DNA of 63,839 nucleotides, the filler included, from Welwitschia mirabilis (taxonomy: Eukaryota), in assembly GCA_051453625.1 (NCBI GenBank). It is 5 parts of one record of this genome, joined end to end, with 100 filler letters (N's around TTAATTAATTAA, not from the genome) between each part and the next. Parts side by side here need not be neighbours in the genome. Positions count along the whole stretch, not along the records: positions 30,522 to 58,732 come from JBOZIK010000001.1; positions 58,833 to 62,532 come from JBOZIK010000001.1; positions 62,633 to 63,839 come from JBOZIK010000001.1; 2 more parts are not named here. One strand, 5' to 3'. The stretch's first letter is position 1. The number at the start of each line of letters is the position of its first letter. The notes under the pieces were generated by a model. It ran no database searches, was not told the origin of the DNA, and saw only the letters and a list, made by a program, of their open reading frames with translations. The position numbers and the translations under genes are program-made. Below are positions 51,909 to 63,839 of this stretch, piece after piece.

Positions 51909-54900
51909 TATTGTGCTATCAACTTTCATATATTTAATAGGGTATTTTAAGTAGTTTTATAGATTCTTAGATAGATTTATGCTAGAGTTTCCATAATAAT
52001 TAAGATCTGGGATTAATAAAATACAAAAACACTTAATCTCCATGATATTTTACATCATTTAGAGAAGTTTGTAATACTTTCTACTTCTAAGACAGATTTT
52101 CTACAAATATTAAGGCCAATACATTGAAGGAATACTTGTTAAAAGCCCATTGTCCACCTCATCCTTCAGATGACAGTATGGATGATACAACAGCTAAAAC
52201 CAACAAAGATTCTAACTATGATCAACATGGTAGATGACGTGAACTACTTATGAGATGGCATCATCCCCTATATCATCTAGTTGATTAGTAGGATGACATC
52301 TCTTATAATCTCTGACTAAACATTCACCTAACTCTCACATTTGTTTTTTTTTTTTTTTTCTTTTTGGCACAATCATTAGGGGTATGCTCATGCTTGTCTG
52401 TTTATCTTATTGTTATGTGCCTTGTCTTAATAAGTATCAATTCCATCTTCCAGTCTATCTTATCTTTACTTTCATTGAAAATTCTCATGATAAGAGATCA
52501 AAGGGCCAGATATCCATTCTTAGTATAAACATCTTCTTTGGTGTTGGGCTATGCTTCCTTTATTGATGAATGGCTACTTTATAACATGGATGTGGTTTAA
52601 TTAATACAAAGACTTATTTTCCATTTTTTATACTTGTTTATTCTTATTATGCATAGCTTATGTTTCTTGTGAATCAATAATAGTTTTTTAAAGTGATATA
52701 GGTTATGAGAAAAAGCTTTGTAAAAGTTAAACATTATTGGTTTAATTGCATTGCTATTTTATTTCCTAAGTTAACTTTACATAAGTGTGTTACATGGTGC
52801 TTTCTTACATTAAAATTTATTTTTATTGATAGAATATAAAGTTTTTCTTATGGAAGTTAATTCTTTTTCTCTATCCTAGGCCTTTGATAGATTACAACAT
52901 TTGTATCAACTCCTATCTATATTATTCTATTGTGTTATGCAGATATCTAGTTTATTTGTAAATGATAGGATCTTCTTAAGATTAAATTATTTGTATAAAT
53001 ACACGTTATAATATTTTGGTATCATTACCAAGAAAGAATGCTTTGAGTTTAATATTTATCATTACTTTGTTAAGTATTTGGATGTCTAACTCAAAAACAT
53101 AAATGCGTATTCCATTTTTAGTGGAGAACTTAATGAAGATCCTTTATAACACATTGCTACTATAAAACAATTAGTTCTTACTTTAAGAAACGATAAAAAA
53201 AAGTAATAGAACTTACATGATTATCTTTTCCATCACTTTAAAAGGTAAGGATAAATTTTGATTAAAAACAATTTTTCATAAAAATTTAAGATCATGAAGT
53301 CAAGTTTAAGAATCCTTCATTAAAACATTTATGAGTGAAAGCATCATTAGAAAATGTAAGAAATAAGTAACCAATTTCCAATAACTACTTAATGAAGATT
53401 ACACCTATACTTATAAAAGATTTTTTATTTTTTCCCATTCAAATCTTATAGATGCTTTTTCTCAAGAATAATTAGTAAACTACTTTTATAGTGGACTCAA
53501 CAATTAAATAAAGCAACTAGTTGATTTTCCATGTGAAGAAAATTTGTTGAGCCTTACCTTAGAAAATGCTTAAAAAGTGTTAAAAGAGTTGGTAGAAGTG
53601 AGTCAAACTTGGCTTAAACCCTCATCTAGGAAAAACCAAACTGTAGATTAAATAATTATAGATATTAAGAAGGTTAAATAAGAAAAAGAAAAAATAAGAA
53701 CTGAAAATGAAGTAATAAATGTTATTAAGATTTTACCTTAACTTTAGAAAAATACATTAAAATAATTTTAGGTGCAAAGGTGGCAACTGAAAAAAGTGTA
53801 ATTATAGCTCCTACTTGTGATTTGTGTGAAGATAACTATCATGTTACAAAATAGTATCCTTTACTTCTAACTTAAAAATAAATAATCTATGAGGAAGTGT
53901 GTGCCTTCAACCAGAGGTTCTCAAACTTTAACCAAAGCCAAAACCAAAGTTAAATCCAAAATCACAATGACTTTCAACCTAGGATGAGTGGACAACCAAG
54001 TTTAAAATTTTTCAAACAAATCATCCTAATTTCCAACCATTTAAAATGATATTTAAGAATATAAACTTTCAATAAAACAACTCAAATAATCAAGCAATCT
54101 CATCCAACTCATAAAACCAAGCTAATCCTCATAGAAATTCTATTGATGAGTTCAGAAAAACATAAGAAAGAATAAACTCCAACATATAAAATCTTATGAG
54201 CATTTTACGAAAAACCATGCTTGATAACCAAAGTTCATAAGAGTCAATTGTGACTCAACCTTTGTTAAATCCAAATGAAGTTAAGAAAATTATAAGGTCA
54301 TGATAAGAAGTGGAAATGAGATAACTCCTTCCACTCATAAGGCTCACATAAGAAATATTCTACCCCTTTCCTTAATAGATTAAACACAAATCCTATTTTT
54401 AATACTCATTTAAAAGACTTAATGCAAAATATGAGTATTAATTTATCATTTTGGAACTTTTTCAAAAAAATTATAAGTATTTTAAGTTGTGAAAAGACTT
54501 AATTAGAAGGAAATAAAAATGAACCATTCTTAATATAGTCTTCCTAACTTAATCCATTAACAACTTAGTTTTATAAAAATGTCCAAAGTCTAAAGATCTA
54601 GGAGTAGTAACTAATAGCATCAATTTAGAAGAAAATAGAAGGATTAAGAAAGCCTTGATTAATATTAAAGCTAGTGTCAATATTATTCCCTTATACATTC
54701 ATCAAAGACTTGTGTTGAAATATAGAATAGAGCCTACATAGATTGTTTTAGAATTGATTATTTTAGAATTGGCTAATATCTTTGTTAAGAAACCTTTAAG
54801 TGTAATTAAGGAGTTGGTCAATCAAATTGAACAAGCTTTCTAACCTATTGATGTTGTTGTAATAGAACTTAAACATAATAATGGCTATTATTTACTTTTA

Positions 54901-56543
54901 GGTAGAGATTTTTGTGCAATAGCCCATTGTATTATAGATATGAGAACTGATTTAATAAAGTATCATTTAGGGAAAAAATAAATTTTCAATAAGAGTGTTT
55001 AATGCAGTTAAAAAAGATTTAGGAAATGATTTGAGTGTGGAAAAATAAATAAAATCAACTTTATTTTTATATACTATCCACTTGGAAGAAATGGTTAATG
55101 CTTTACAAATCAACTTTGTTTGATAATCAACTAGAAGTAGACAACCTGTATGTTTTTGATAAAGATCAACTTAATTTTGACTATCTAAAAAATAATTATT
55201 TTAATCTAGATAGTGGAGAAACTGAGTATGTTAATTGTGTAGAAGTCTAGAAACTAAGATTTCATATTTTAAGGGTGGTCATCCACTACTAACACCTAGA
55301 TGATAGTCTAAGATGATAGTAAAATTTCTTGAAAATTTAACCAAAAAAAATTTAAACTTAAATATGAATTTAAATCCTTATCTATTAAGTTGAAATACTA
55401 AATAAAGATCTAAACAAAACTTTAATAATTAATAAAGACTTTTTTCCTTAATAAGAATCAAGTCTAATCTCTTTTTTGCAATCTAATGTAAATGCATTTG
55501 CTTGGTTTCATAATGATTTAATTGCCATTTCTACCTTATTTATCTAGCATAAAATATACCTTGAGAACAATGTAAAACGTATTATATAACCCTAACATAG
55601 ACTTAATATTGAAAAACTTGTTAAAGATGAAATTATAAATTAATGGATGTTAGAATCGTTTATGCTATAATTGATAGTGAGTGGGTTAGCCCTTTAATAG
55701 TAGTACCTAAGAAATATAGGAAATGAAGGATGGGCACAGACTTTAGAAAAATGAATAAAGTAATAAAAAATGATTATTATCCTTTACTTTTTCTTGATCA
55801 GATACTTAATAGGATTCAAGGACATACATTTTATTGTTTTTTCGATGGATATAGTGGTACAACCAAGTTTGTATTGCTAGTAAAGAGTATGTTAAAACTA
55901 CTTTTAGTTCACCTTTAGTACTTTCATTTTTTAATGCATGCCTTTTAGGCTTTGTAATGCTTCTAATACTTTTAGCATACTATGATGGTTATTTTTTCTG
56001 ATATACTAGAGGATTAGACTAAAATTATTAATGGATGACTTCTCTATTTATACTAAAATGTTTGAACAAATCTTAGAATGATTAGAGATAGTCATTGATT
56101 GTTACATTTCTAGTGGCTTACAATTGAATTAGGAAAAGATCTTATTTTTAGTTGAAAGTGGAATTGTCCTAGGCCACCATATCTTAAAAGAGGGGATTAG
56201 AATGGACTCTGACAGAGTTGGTATTATTTAAAACTAAATTTCCCTTATAAATGTGAAACAAGCTATACTTTTTCTTATTCATTGTGATTTTTACTATCAC
56301 TTTATTCATGATTATGCAAATATTTATAAACTTCTCTACTCATTACTAAAGAAAGAACTTAAATTTGAATGGAATAAATCTTGTTAGCTTACTTTTGATA
56401 GGCTTAAATTTAAACTTTCTTATGCTTATATTGTAATAGAACTCGATTGGAAAAAAGACTTTGAATTAATGTTTGATATGAGTAATTTTATTATAGATGG
56501 GGTACTTTGTTAAAATATGGAAATGATTTTAAAGTTATATCTT
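51909..56543 (+). mobile_element. Athila-type element G (5' LTR, gag-pol up to RNase H), interrupted by H
   Basis: LTR 51909-53013; degenerate Asp PBS TTTTGGTATCATTACC at 53014; gag GELNEDPL*HI (~53121); protease ALINIKASVNII (~54652); RT DFRKMNK...FFDGYSG (55740-55860) and MDDFS (~56032); RNase H start DWKKDFELM (~56445). Confidence 0.88.
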
Positions 56544-58732
56544 TATTATGACACCAACTTATGTGTATTTAATAGGGTATTTTGAGTTGTTTTGCAGATA
56601 AACTAATAGATAATTACTTAGTTCTTATGACAATTAAGAATTAAGGAGCACAAAACGAAAACATGCAAATATCAAATAAAACACAAGAATTTCATGCAGA
56701 TATGGATAAATAGTATTTTAGATAACTATTCCTACAAACAACAAAGTAATCTGACTAACTAAAGATTAAGAAACGACTATCATCCACCCTGTTGTCCATA
56801 AGATAGTCAGGATAACAACTCTAATAGAGCAATAAATAGAGTTTTTTTGAGATAACTCCTAGTTAAACTGAGATCTTCCTACCAAACATAGTCATCCACA
56901 TCATCGTCCAGACATCACTAGTAGATGACATCTCAAAAACCAGTCAACAACAGTTTACATGCAGTCCGACAATTAGATAAACTGAAGTAGAACTAGAGTT
57001 CTAATTATTGATTCTCATCATCTCCTTCTTCATCTGGATGACCATTAAGATGACATTGTTTGCCCATAGTTTTACCAAATGTTTTCCTGAGTCGTTGTCA
57101 CTTCTTTATGACTTCACTTTTCATGTTAGCTAAAGTTTTTTCCTTTACTTCTCTATCAGTTTCCCTTCCCTTTTTGTCTATAAATAAAGGTCTTTCCCTC
57201 AATCCCTAATCATCTTCGACAATACCTGACATTCTCATGACAAGAGATCTTGGGACCAGAAAACCATCCAGTGATTATAGAAAGACGTTCCCTTAGTATC
57301 GGGTGGCATTTCCTTCATTGAGAAATGGCTACTTTGTAATGCAGACATGTTTATGCCTTTTAATATGAAGTATCCCTTTTTCTTTAGTATATGTAGGAAT
57401 CTCTCCCACATAGTTTATGTTGTTTAAGATTTGTGACAGGTTTCTTTAATTATATAGATTATGAGGGTAACCTTTGTTAAGGTTGAGCTTATTTAGATTA
57501 GGTGCATTGTTGTTCCTTTTCATAGATTAGTTTTGCATCGCTATTTCCATTTCATGCATTATAATTTATTTTAGTAAATTAGGGTTACATATTTTTTTCT
57601 TGAAATCAACTCTTTATTATCCATACTATTGGCTTTCGACAGAATTACGACATTTGAATCACTCTGACTATACTAGTGTGCTATATTTGTGCATATTATT
57701 TGTAATTAACAGGATTTAAATCAAAGCATAAAATATTGCATAAATTTGCACTGCAACAAATTGGTGCTATTGACAGGGAAGGCTGCTTGAAAATTGAGAG
57801 TTGTCATTATTTCAGTGGATATTCTGGATATTTGCTATAGTAGCAATGTACCAGTAGTCTATAAGTATTTTATTTTAGTTTTAAATTTTTACTAACCACT
57901 GACGTCCCTTTCATCATCCAGACATTATAGTCGGATGACTGTTTTCTTTTCTACTTTTTCTCATTCTGTGATTGTCTGTGTTTTCTGTCTCTATCATCTA
58001 GGTTATCATCTGAATGATGATATATAAGACGATACCTTCTGAGAACTAAAACTAAATGGTGAAAATAGGAAAAGGTGAAAAATACCAGAGAGAGAGCCAA
58101 TTCATTACAAAAAATATCAGAGAAGGTTTGCTAAATTTTGAATTTAAAAATCAAAATAGCCTAGGTACAAAAAAATTAGAATTTCCTAAAATTTTTGATT
58201 TTAATTTTGTAGAAGAGTCTGATTTTAATTCTAAAAAATCTAATACCATGTCAACCTCTTACCAAAAAAAACCTATCTTGCCAAATTCAACCCCTCTTAT
58301 TGGAACTATTACTCCTACTCCTCGTGTGCCTCTAAGAGATCTCATAGTAAATAAAAGACTTAAATTTTAAAACCCTTTTGACTTACCTCCAGGTGATAAT
58401 GTAGAACTTAAAAACTTAAATTCTTATCCTATCTTTCGAGGAGAACCTATTGAAAACCCCCTATAACACATCTCTGAAATTGAATAACTCATTCTTACTT
58501 CTAAAAATGGTAAAAAGTGCATAACTAATAGAACTTATATGGTAATTTTTCCCATCACATTACAAGATAAGGATAAACTTTGGCTTAGAACAATACCTCA
58601 TAAGAGCGTAAAATCTTAGAGCCAAGTTTAAGAAGCCTTTATCGAAATATTTATAAATAAAACCACCATTTGGAAATATAAGAAAGAAGTTACAAACTTC
58701 CAACAACTGCCTAACGAAGACTATGCTTCTGC
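56544..58732 (+). mobile_element. Athila-type element H (5' LTR, leader, gag start; same subfamily as C), ends at a gap
   Basis: LTR 56544-57758; PBS TTGGTGCTATTGACAGGGA at 57761; the leader and gag (58056-58732) are collinear with 25280-26205 of element C. Confidence 0.88.
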
Positions 58733-58832
58733 NNNNNNNNNNNNNNNNNNNNNNNNNNNNNNNNNNNNNNNNNNNNTTAATTAATTAANNNNNNNNNNNN
58801 NNNNNNNNNNNNNNNNNNNNNNNNNNNNNNNN

Positions 58833-58914
58833 TAATTGCATCTAAACCTGTATAAATGTCCTACAAAAGTACTCCAAATACACCATCAAATTCCTACAAA
58901 TTGGCATCGTAACA
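58833..58914 (-). mobile_element. Start of a reverse-oriented LTR (D/E subfamily)
   Basis: The reverse complement begins TGTTACGATGCCAATTTGTAGGAATTTGATGGTG, matching the LTR starts at 23402, 30182, 34143 and 48520. Confidence 0.85.
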
Positions 58915-61900
58915 AACAACAATAAATATCTCATTAGAGGAAAACAAAAAGATCATAAGAGCTTTAATTGACATTGGAATAAGTGTTAATATCATTCCAC
59001 TACACATTTTTAAGAGACTTGACTTAGAGGGTAGAATAGAGCCTACTCAAACTATTTTAGAGTTAGTAGACACTTAAGTTAAGAAACCCTTAGGGGTGAT
59101 CAAAGATTTAGTGATTCAAATTAAATAAGTTTACTATCCAATAGATGTAATTATCATAGAAGTTAAACATAACAGAGGGTACCCATTACTTATAGGATAA
59201 GCCTTCTGTGCATAGTCCACTGAATTATTGACATAAGGACATGAATGATGAAGTTTTACCTTAGAAATAAAATATTTACAATTAGAGCCTTTAATGTAGT
59301 TGAAAGATACCTAGGTGATGATGTAATAAACTTAGAAAATAATATTAAACCAATATTATTTATTTAACATTATTCCCTTGAAGAAAGAGAGTTGACTTTA
59401 CATAAGCCTATACTTTATGATGACCCAATTGAGATTAAAAATTTAGAAGCCATTGATACATCCAAATATGATCATAAATTTTTAGATTAGAATAAAAAGA
59501 AATAAAACCCTTATATGGCAAGGAATTCCAACTCTTAAATGAAAACTTATACCTTAAGAAAGATTATCCACTACATGAGCCAGAAATTAAAAATCACAAC
59601 TTGAATTTAAATATGAAAAATATTTTTAGTGAACTAGAACATATTTTCCTTTATAATGATTAAAACAAAACTCTTATAATTAATGAAAATATTTTATCAG
59701 AGTCAACATTAATCTCCCCTTTTACTTCCAAAATTTTTGCTTTCATGAGGTCTCATAGAGTTTATTTATTATCCCTTTTTTTCTCCAATTGATTTTACTT
59801 GAAAATAATCATATACCTTTTATGTTTTATTAATTAACAAACATTTGGTTTATATGTTATTTATTTGAAAGAATGCAATACTTTAAACCATTAAAACAAA
59901 TCCTTCCTTTCTCTAAATAAAATTTTCTAGTTTTGTTATTTCCTTTTCTATTCTTATTTAGATCATTAAAATAGATCCTTCCTTTATTTAAATAAAATTT
60001 ACTAATTTTTCTCTTTCCTTTTTAATTCTTATGATTTTGACTTTGATTTTATTTTTACCTTTCTATTTTGGTTTTCTATGCGTGTTATCCCTTCTGTCAT
60101 CCCCACAATAATCAAGATGATAATCTTTGTTTTCATTTTTTCCCTTTAGTTTTGTATTAGGTTTCTACTTTTTATTTTTACTTTCTATTTCTGTAATCCT
60201 CTTTATCATCTGGACGATGATAAGGATGACTATTAATCATTTTTATTTTTTATTATTTTGTGAAAATACATTTGGATGGATTTGTTAAGTTTTTTGAGTT
60301 AATCACTTAAGAATTTGAGAAAGTTAATGAGCAAAGGCTAAAAATATATGATTAACCGTCTGAATTTTTTCTTATCTTTTTTCTTTAGAGGTCATTATGA
60401 CATTACTTAATTATATTTCAAACATGACTTATTTATTTATTTTCATGACTAGTATTTAACTTGGGCATTTTATAGTGCTAAGATTAAATTCACTTAATCT
60501 TAATACATTCACACATCTATGAACTTTAGTTTGAAGAAAGATACTTTGTTTTAAATATTTTTCTCAATGGTTAAAATATCTTAGATTGTTTAAGAGTGTT
60601 CTTTTCTATCTTTATTTTATTAGTCATGTGGAATGTTTCCATTTGTAGAAGAAGAAGGGAAGAAAAAAGAGAGTGAAATAAGACCATGATGTTTTATATT
60701 TAAGATATTTCAAAAACATGATCAACATGATGTCCTACCACAAGTATATCAGGGCAAATATTTTTAAGAGAAACCTTTGGCAGTGTAATATTATAGCTAT
60801 GGGAACTCCATTGGGAGGTTAGTTGGCCATGCTTCATGGCTCCTTACTTCTTTAATTGTGATTACACTCCCCTCATGATGGATAATAAAATAATAAAAAC
60901 TTAAAGGATATAGGACCTGTGTTATTCTTGGTATCATTAGAGACATTGCTTATTTCTTAGAATCTTAGTCTTTTTACATGATCATTTCATTTTTTAAGAC
61001 TTAGGTGTTTGTTTCAAGATGTTGATAGGTGAGTTCATTTTTTAGTAACTCTTTTTTTTGATTATTTATTTCTTAAAGAATTTTATTTTATCATTATCAT
61101 NNNNNNNNNNNNNNNNNNNNNNNNNNNNNNNNNNNNNNNNNNNNNNNNNNNNNNNNNNNNNNNNNNNNNNNNNNNNNNNNNNNNNNNNNNNNNNNNNNNN
61201 AATCATTTCCTCATTATATGAAATTTGTTATACATCAGATCATGCATTTTTAAATTACGTGATGTTATGATTTATTTCATGAGAATCTGTTAAGTTAAAA
61301 TTTTAGATAGATAGGCCATCTTCTTTATGTTGACTATGTCCATTCTTTTTGTTTTCTTTTATTGTTTGGTTAGTTATTTCAAAGTTATTGCCATATTTTC
61401 TTATCAGCTTAGGACCTTAATACTTATGCTTTCCTTTCTCAATTTTTAATAAAGAATTGATTTCTTAACTAAAATTTTGTGATGTTTATTTTTAGCATTT
61501 TGGATTTCTCAACACTACTCATAATCATTTTATGATGAAACACTTTCATTGTTCACTCTTTTTTTTTTTTTTCATACATCTATATTTTTTAAATCTGACA
61601 TTTTTATACTCAACTTTGTAGTTAATTTAGAAAGTTGTTTAACATTCTAGAATATCCATCATCTATCTTCTTAATCTCATCTACTTTCTTTGGTTTATTA
61701 TCTAATATAGAATGTATTATTTTTCTCAAGAAGGATAGGACCCATTCTCATGGCTCATTTTTAAATTTGAAGTTATTTTAGAGCTTTTATGAGATATAAT
61801 TTTAAAATTTTTACTCTATATACATTATGCATTACATGATATTTTTCTATGAGATTGTTTTTGAGCGTATTTTATAATTTCTAAATGATTTTTGTAAGAT

Positions 61901-62380
61901 AAATTGGCTCACATTTGTGGTTTTTCACCTAGACTTTGTCAGGGACTGATAAAGGCTAATTGAGAGAATATGATGCACCACCAATTTATGGTTATTTGAT
62001 GAGGTTTTATAAGCTATTTTGTAGGACATTTGCATAATTTTAGATGCAATGGTGAGGATTTTGGAGAAAGAATGGAAGATCTTAGAAATGTGTGATTCTT
62101 GGCATAATTTAAAGCATTTGAAACATATTCTAATGCATGAAGGTATGAAAGAAGATTACTAAAAAAAAGGCTAGTTTCTTCTCATTGAAATGAATAAAGA
62201 AAACCATTATCTCTTATATTATTTTCATGACAGGAAGGATGATAATACATTTACATGCTAATTTAGACTACTAAGATACTATTGAGTTCTCTAATCAGTC
62301 ACCTTTTATAATGAGCTTCATGCCCTAGATCATCTAGATGATAATCAGAACAACCCCTATAACTAACTCTAATAGCTGAC
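58915..62380 (+). mobile_element. Athila-type element J: protease, long non-coding 3' region, partial 3' LTR (B subfamily)
   Basis: Protease RALIDIGISVNIIP at ~58958, with no RT or integrase after ~59740. 59760-60480 parallels 20850-21514. A PPT-like tract precedes an LTR at 61971 that aligns with the LTR at 17098. Confidence 0.75.
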
Positions 62381-62532
62381 TGTTGCGGTGTGTATTTATG
62401 CAATAATTTACGTTCTAATTTCAATCCTGTTAATTATAATAAGATGCAAAATACTACACGCTAGTATAGACGGAGTGATCCGAATGTCGTAATTCCGTCG
62501 AAGGCCAATGGTATGGACAATAAAGAGTTGAT
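62381..62532 (-). mobile_element. Terminal part of a reverse-oriented, CpG-rich LTR (C/H subfamily)
   Basis: The reverse complement ends ...GCATAAATACACACCGCAACA and aligns with about 57605-57758 and 39123-39276. Confidence 0.85.
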
Positions 62533-62632
62533 NNNNNNNNNNNNNNNNNNNNNNNNNNNNNNNNNNNNNNNNNNNNTTAATTAATTAANNNNNNNNNNNN
62601 NNNNNNNNNNNNNNNNNNNNNNNNNNNNNNNN

Positions 62633-63839
62633 TCCTTAGCTCATACCTCTTCTCATTATTTTCATCTATATAAACTTAGAATCATAAGGCTGCAAATCCC
62701 ATGGAACATTATACCTACATTAATTAATAACCATTAGCATATATAGGTAGAAAATATTTACTATGATAAAAGAGTAGTAGTATTTTGATACCTGCATATT
62801 TGTCTTCCATTTCATTTTCTTAAACATACTCTAGGCTTGCAAAACTGTATGTCTTTGAACACTATTTAAAAAAGTTGTATAATTGTGTTCTAATTGCTTA
62901 TGATCGAGGTCCTCTTTTTGTAATTGACATTGATGAAGTTCCACGTTTCTCCTTGGGATCTAAAGAAGTAAAAATTATTAAAAAAGCTATAAATATTAGA
63001 ATTAATAAAACATGTAAAAAAAAGAAAGATCTTTAACTTACAGCATTAAGTCTACTACACTCATCAAACCTATCATTCTATGCATGCATAATAGAATCAA
63101 AAAATCTCTTATCATTTGTAACTATTGTATCATCACTTCAGTTGAGGTATTCCATGTTAGAAGCTCCTTTTATCTATAAAAACTCATGCACATGTGGAGA
63201 ACCTCTATGTTACCACTCAAATCATGTCCATTAGTCTACAACATTAAATTCTTTCATTAGAATTACCTCTCTAAATTTTTTATGACAGTTATACACGTAC
63301 TCTGAGATAATGTGTGGGTTCTCAATGATATTTTGCAATCGCCATTGTCTAGCTTCTAATGGATGCTATGGTTTTTCACCGGGCATGATATCATGTAGAT
63401 CTAGCCAATATAAATCTGTAACACTTAAAGTAAAGAATACAGTAGGAGTTCCAAGCTGGGTAACCATATCTAATAGCTCACATTTGTTTTTTCTCTAGTA
63501 AGAAGGTGTGCCTCTTAGAGAGCTTCCATGTCTCATTAAGTTATCTATTATTTCTGTTGATGAACAATTATTCATCTGTTCATATAATTCCTCTATTATG
63601 ATTAAAACATCTAATATGTTCTTTTTGAAAAATACTGTTGTAGATATTAGTGTCCTATGTCTCATAATCATGATAAAAATATAGTACCTACATTGGAAAA
63701 TAATTTTTAAAAGGTTTTAATTTTGATCCATTAAAATACTCAAATAATAAAATAAATGAGAAATTCCTTACCGAAATCTTGGATGATAACCAAATCTTCT
63801 ATCTTTATATCTTAGCAGATGCTTTGCATACTCATGTAG
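62633..63839 (-). mobile_element. Helitron-like Rep/helicase gene fragment (Helitron2/Helentron type) with introns, decayed
   Basis: Minus-strand translation gives EYAKHLLRYKDRRFGYHPRFR, an intron 63771-63688 (GTAAGG...TAG), then YYIFIMIMRHR, LMRHGSSLRGTPSY*, ELLDMVTQLGTPTVFFTLSVTDLYWLDL, IIENPHI, the HUH motif FEW*HRGSPHVH (63221-63185) and NSVQRHT. It continues beyond the window. Confidence 0.88.

Noticed and set aside
17330-62352. CRISPR interpretation of the palindrome-plus-spacer pattern
   Set aside because: The context is plant retrotransposon DNA, clusters have only 2-4 degenerate units, spacers are shared between sister LTRs, and there are no cas genes.
21559-62588. TTAATTAATTAA palindromes in four N-runs
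   Set aside because: Identical and centred in 100-bp gaps, so a scaffolding spacer and not biology.
62633-63839. CACTA transposase
   Set aside because: The motifs match a rolling-circle HUH Rep, not TnpD.

Overview
Land-plant nuclear DNA with two parts. Bases 1-3200 are a CpG-retaining island holding a truncated glycoside hydrolase family 1 (beta-glucosidase) pseudogene on the minus strand and a small TRIM retrotransposon. Bases 3300-63839 are very AT-rich, CpG-depleted, decayed transposon DNA with many assembly gaps. That part contains: an unexplained decayed-exon region with a two-finger C2H2 exon; a Ty1/copia element carrying a tRNA-type SINE; a CRM-type Ty3/gypsy gag-protease fragment; a deep nest of about ten Athila-type Ty3/gypsy elements or LTR fragments, three levels of which are confirmed by target-site duplications; and an intron-containing Helitron Rep gene of the Helitron2/Helentron type. 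I found no intact protein-coding gene, and no rRNA, tRNA or CRISPR array. The most interesting signals are a ~40-bp palindrome (GTCGTCC...GGACGAC) repeated roughly 45 times at ~110-bp spacing throughout the Athila family, an apparently spliced accessory ORF in one element, and a capsid-less gag-derived ORF shared by non-autonomous copies. All calls come from by-eye translation and alignment; no searches were run. Element letters A-J are my own labels.
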